Notes under the pieces: generated by a model
What the model was told of the DNA's origin: nothing
The model's database searches: none
Seen by the model: only the letters and a program-made list of their open reading frames with translations
Assembly (NCBI RefSeq): GCF_009914755.1
Contig: NC_060933.1
Strand: one strand, 5' to 3'
From: the human T2T-CHM13v2.0 reference genome, Homo sapiens
DNA length: 64,000 nt
Shown: positions 59,882 to 64,000 of the stretch, piece after piece
Layout: the number at the start of each line of letters is the position of its first letter
How positions within the stretch are numbered: the first letter of the stretch is position 1
Translations under genes and position numbers: made by a program

Positions 59882-61891
59882 TTCTCTACAATAAACATGG
59901 GCTGCCAGGCCCCCTTCAGAATGTGACAAGATGTTGGTAGAGACATCGCAAACCAAACTCACCCACAGCTTTGCACACATTTTGGGATCCCCATATCTCA
60001 ACTGCACCCAGGCCCAGGCTAGGCGGCTGCTCTGTGTGTGCCGCACCCTACCATGGCATTTGGCGGTTCTCATGTTTATCAGGTGCTTTCCTTCCTTAGA
60101 GGCACTTGGACTGGATGTCTCTAAACATAGATTTCACTGGAGGCTACCAACTAACATTAGAGTTTCTGGTCTTGAAGGGTTTAGTTTGAAATATTTCATC
60201 CCATGAGCTTTTTGGAGAGAGGATATACCCAGGTTCTTCTGGGATCTCAGCAAAAGCTAAGTGGGAATCCATGGAGCAAAATTTAGGAACTTCTTCCCAC
60301 CCTTGGTTTAGGAAAATCACTGGCAGAATTACCAGTAAATGGCAACCTACTCCTTACAATGTGGCAATGGAGGAGAAAAAGCGTAGACATTTTCTTTCAG
60401 AGAAGAAAATTATGTTGCATATTGAGACTCCAGCACTAACGCTGAAACAGTATTTCATTTAGATAATTTGGGGTGATTACCACTAAAGCGTCTACGTTTT
60501 CTGAGTATAACCTGAGGGCATCCTTAATGAATTATAAGAAAGAGTGTGCTTAACCCTGCCACAGAGCCAGTAAATGGCTTCCTACAGCAGTAACTACTAT
60601 ACATATTGTATGTTTTGTTCCCTCATTCCTACACACAAATAAAATCATTTTTAGAAATTTTGTCTCAGAGACTTTTTTTTTTTTAGAATAGCTTACTGTT
60701 CTATTTTAAGCTACATGTCTATCTGGGGCATGATGTGAATAAAAAGAGCCTGATCTAGGGTTATTGTTTTGCAAGTCAGATGTCGAGTTGATAAATCTTT
60801 GGGGATCTAGAAATTAAGATATGGTTCATGTATCAAGTGCAGATGAAACTGCTTAAAACGTGGTATTTAAACATTAATGTGAGTCAGTGTATTTTAAATG
60901 CTATTAGAGCTGAGATTACCACTGAAAAACATATGCTTAAAAAAGGGAAGAAAATGTAAAAACACTATTATGCTTCCGAAAATAACCAGGCAATGTATTA
61001 GTTGTGGTTTCTTAGTAACAACGGTATGAACTGTGCATAGCTTTGGCCAGGACTAGGCACCATGTAAGAGGCTTGTGGCTGCTGTGCAGATGAGCTGTTC
61101 AGAATGTTATTCCTCCCTTCCTAAGCATCTTTGGGGAGGGTCTAAGCTCATCCTTATTCTCTTTTGCTGGAGGCAGATGGGACAGGAGGAAGGTGGCCAG
61201 CTCACCCATAGGCACTCACAGCTTTTTGCCCATCCCTAGCAATGCGTGGTTTATTTCGAGTGTTGACTGTTTCAATCTGTAATGGAAAACTCGAGAATAT
61301 AAATGACAGTTCAATGCTGCTGATATGAAGGGCCCAGAGAAACAAACCCCAGAAACCTCTTAAGGTCACCACACTACAGCTGAGTGCAGGGCAACACAAG
61401 CTTTATGGATTGGCCTGAGATCCACCCCTTACTCCTGCAAACATTACTTATGGTATTGCTCCCATGGGGAGGTGATTTCTAAATTCCAAACTAGTGAGTG
61501 AAACTTGGATTTGTAAATGCAACCAGTGAATTGCAGTGTTGTCTTTGAAGATGGGTCTGCAGGTCTGTAAGCTTCGTCGGGTTTTGTTCCTTGTTCTGTG
61601 GATTCATCGTAAACCAAATGCTGATGGTCCACTCCAGAACAGGCAGCACAGACTTTGAGCTCCATGGTAACAGCATTCATATTTGTGGTGTTCATCTTTA
61701 TCTACTGAGTGCCTAGCCCAGAGTTGGCGCTCAATACATATTAACGACAGAATGATCAGAGAAGATTTTCAACTCCGTCCACCTAAGTTCGGTAATTGGA
61801 AAACAGTTAGTATTTGGAGGATGGCTAAACAGTGAGTGACTAAAGAGAGAACCTGAGACTTTTCTAAGTTTCTAAAAGAGACAAAGTCCCA

Positions 61892-61923
<32 letters not shown>

Positions 61924-63879
61924 GGTTATTCCATATGAGTCATGGCCATAGATAAGAGATCAGTTTGTCCCGGTTTTGTCTCAGGGTATGTAGGTTTTCA
62001 CACACTGTTTTCAACAATCGTCATTGTTTAAGTTTGGAGGATTCACTTTGACTTTTTATTTTGCATGTGAACATCTTCAATTTCTACCTCCCTACCTTTG
62101 AATGTATCGTTTTGGAATATGTTGTTTTTTCAGTTCTGAAGTTGGCAAAAGTGCTAGATTGGGGATTTTATCTTGTGGTAAACCTAGAATTTATGTTTTA
62201 TTCTTGCTTGATAGAGTTTAAGCTTCTTGCTGCTAGTGTCCAATAGGCTCCCGGCCCTGTTTCCATAAAGATGTCAAGGGGTAGAATATCTCCCAGTCAG
62301 TTTTTCCTTGTTTATTTCTGTGCCTTTACACTGTCCTATTGCTTTTTTGGTTGATATGTAGCTACCATAATTGCAGAAGCCAAATAATGCCCTTCTGTTA
62401 GTGTTGGCCATCTATGTAGGGCTTATTCATACATATGTTTAATATGTATGAATAAAATGTATACCAAATCTGTCTAAATCTATGTCGGTATCAATATCCC
62501 TATATGAAAATGCATAATATTATCCCTTTTCTTCTAAGGCTGCCTCTGGTTTGTTTTAATTTTAGTTTTCACTGAAGTAGGGCTGAAAGAATTTTCCAGA
62601 ACAGCTCCATTGCCAAAGGAATAGGCAACCATGCCTTTGAATGCTCTCCTTGTGTTGTAACCAAGTCTTGTGTTTAGCTCTCGCATTGCTTCCTGGCTCC
62701 GTGTCTTCACTGAAGACGTAGGAGTGCATGTGAGGGGAAAATGGAAGCATTGAGGAGCACCAGAGCTGCCAAGTCTTCAAAGGGTGCTCCACATTGGGAG
62801 CCCTGCCTGTGGCATTGATGGTGTACAGGGTTGCAAAAAATATAAGGGAGCCAGCAGGGAGGAGGGAGCTTGGCATTCATCACCCTGCTGGAGGATAGTT
62901 TCGGCTATCAGTTTTGTGTTATTTACATTTCCTGATGGAAGTCCACATATGATATCTAATTCCTAAGTACTAATGCAGCCTTTGTCACTCAAGAGTGAAA
63001 TATCTAAATGACCCTAAGAAATCTCTGTAGAAGAGACTAGAAGAGGAAGCTTTCTTCTCATTCAGTGCTAATAGACTGCACAGATTTCCTCTGCAGCCTC
63101 TGATTCTTGTATGTAAACTCCCCTATCCACATTCATTTGTCCTACTTAAGTGTTGGAGGTTTCCAACTAGTAAAGGCTGGAAAGCTACCCTGCCTTGGGA
63201 TGCAGATCTGGGTTTTCCTAAGTCCAGACTGAAGGCCCACAGTTCAACTTTCTGCTCTTATAAATGATCTCTGAGTGTCTTTCAATAGCAACCAAAAATC
63301 TGCCTATTTAAAAATAGTCATAAACATAGCGGGGCCAAAGCTAAAGAGGTTGAAGGTTAAAGCCTTTTATATGAGCTGAAAACAATTCTGGGAAATTTAA
63401 GAGGTTGAGTTTAACAGATATTTGGATCAACTTTTAAGAGGAAAAAATGTGACCAAAAGCCAGAAACACAGTTGTAGAAACATCTGTAAGGACAAACTGT
63501 TTTCCATATGCACCCTCTTCCTTCTTCTTTTTTTTAAAGAAAAATGCCGTCAAAAAATTAGAATGGTAACAATTGAATGCACTCTTGTTTTTCAAAATTT
63601 CAAGGAGTTTAGAAATACCTAAACATAAAAATGGATGTTCCCATCACCTTCTTCTGCATGACCATTTCCACTCCTAGAAATAACTTTCTTTAACTGTATA
63701 GGGTGCATATAGTATGTAAACAATCAAATATATGGCTTCATTTTTGATTCCATAAGGAAATTATAATACCAGTCTTGTTCTGCATTTTTTGGGGGTAACA
63801 ATTTGCCTTGCGGATTTTTCTTTATCAGTACCTAGCTATCTACTACATTCCATTTAATAGTATTTCCCAGTTGTCTGAT

Positions 63880-64000
63880 ATCAGGCTACTTGGATCTGAA
63901 ACCTGGCTCTGCCTCTTACGAGCTATGTGACTTTGAGCAAATATCTCATCCTCTCTTGCCTCGGTATTTCCGTCTGTAATGGGACAATACTAATACCTAA
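63880..64000. mobile_element. MIR fragment
   Basis: cctggctctgcctcttacgagctatgtgactttgagcaa...tctgtaatgggacaata. Confidence 0.7.

Noticed and set aside
61895-61923. Isolated poly(T) runs (also 28535-28558) as retrocopy tails
   Set aside because: There is no recognisable adjacent element body, ORF or TSD.

Overview
This window is primate, almost certainly human, genomic DNA from inside NTRK2 (TrkB, the BDNF/NT-4 receptor tyrosine kinase) on the + strand. Ten consecutive coding exons join into one open frame with canonical AG/GT boundaries (75, 72, 69, 155, 137, 133, 306, 36, 101 and 100 nt; about residues 71-466). They encode the LRRs, the C-terminal cysteine cluster, both Ig-like domains, the juxtamembrane stalk and the transmembrane helix. 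The start/signal-peptide exon and the kinase and T1 exons lie outside the window. The remainder is intron containing about 16 Alus, a solo THE1 LTR, DNA-transposon MITEs (MER5, MER20, MER58, MER91-like), old L1/L2/MIR/MLT1 fragments and microsatellites. Nearly all entries in the ORF track are spurious. I found no evidence of a new gene system. The best leads are RNA-processing hypotheses: a stop-free 237-nt three-exon circle, intronic read-through plus poly(A) signals after the last ectodomain exon and after the TM exon (the latter resembling rodent TrkB.T2), and a 36-nt exon with regulated-microexon features. There is also a STAT/TEAD palindrome enhancer candidate, a very young AluY and several template-switch-like hairpins. 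Repeat subfamily calls are by eye and their boundaries are approximate.
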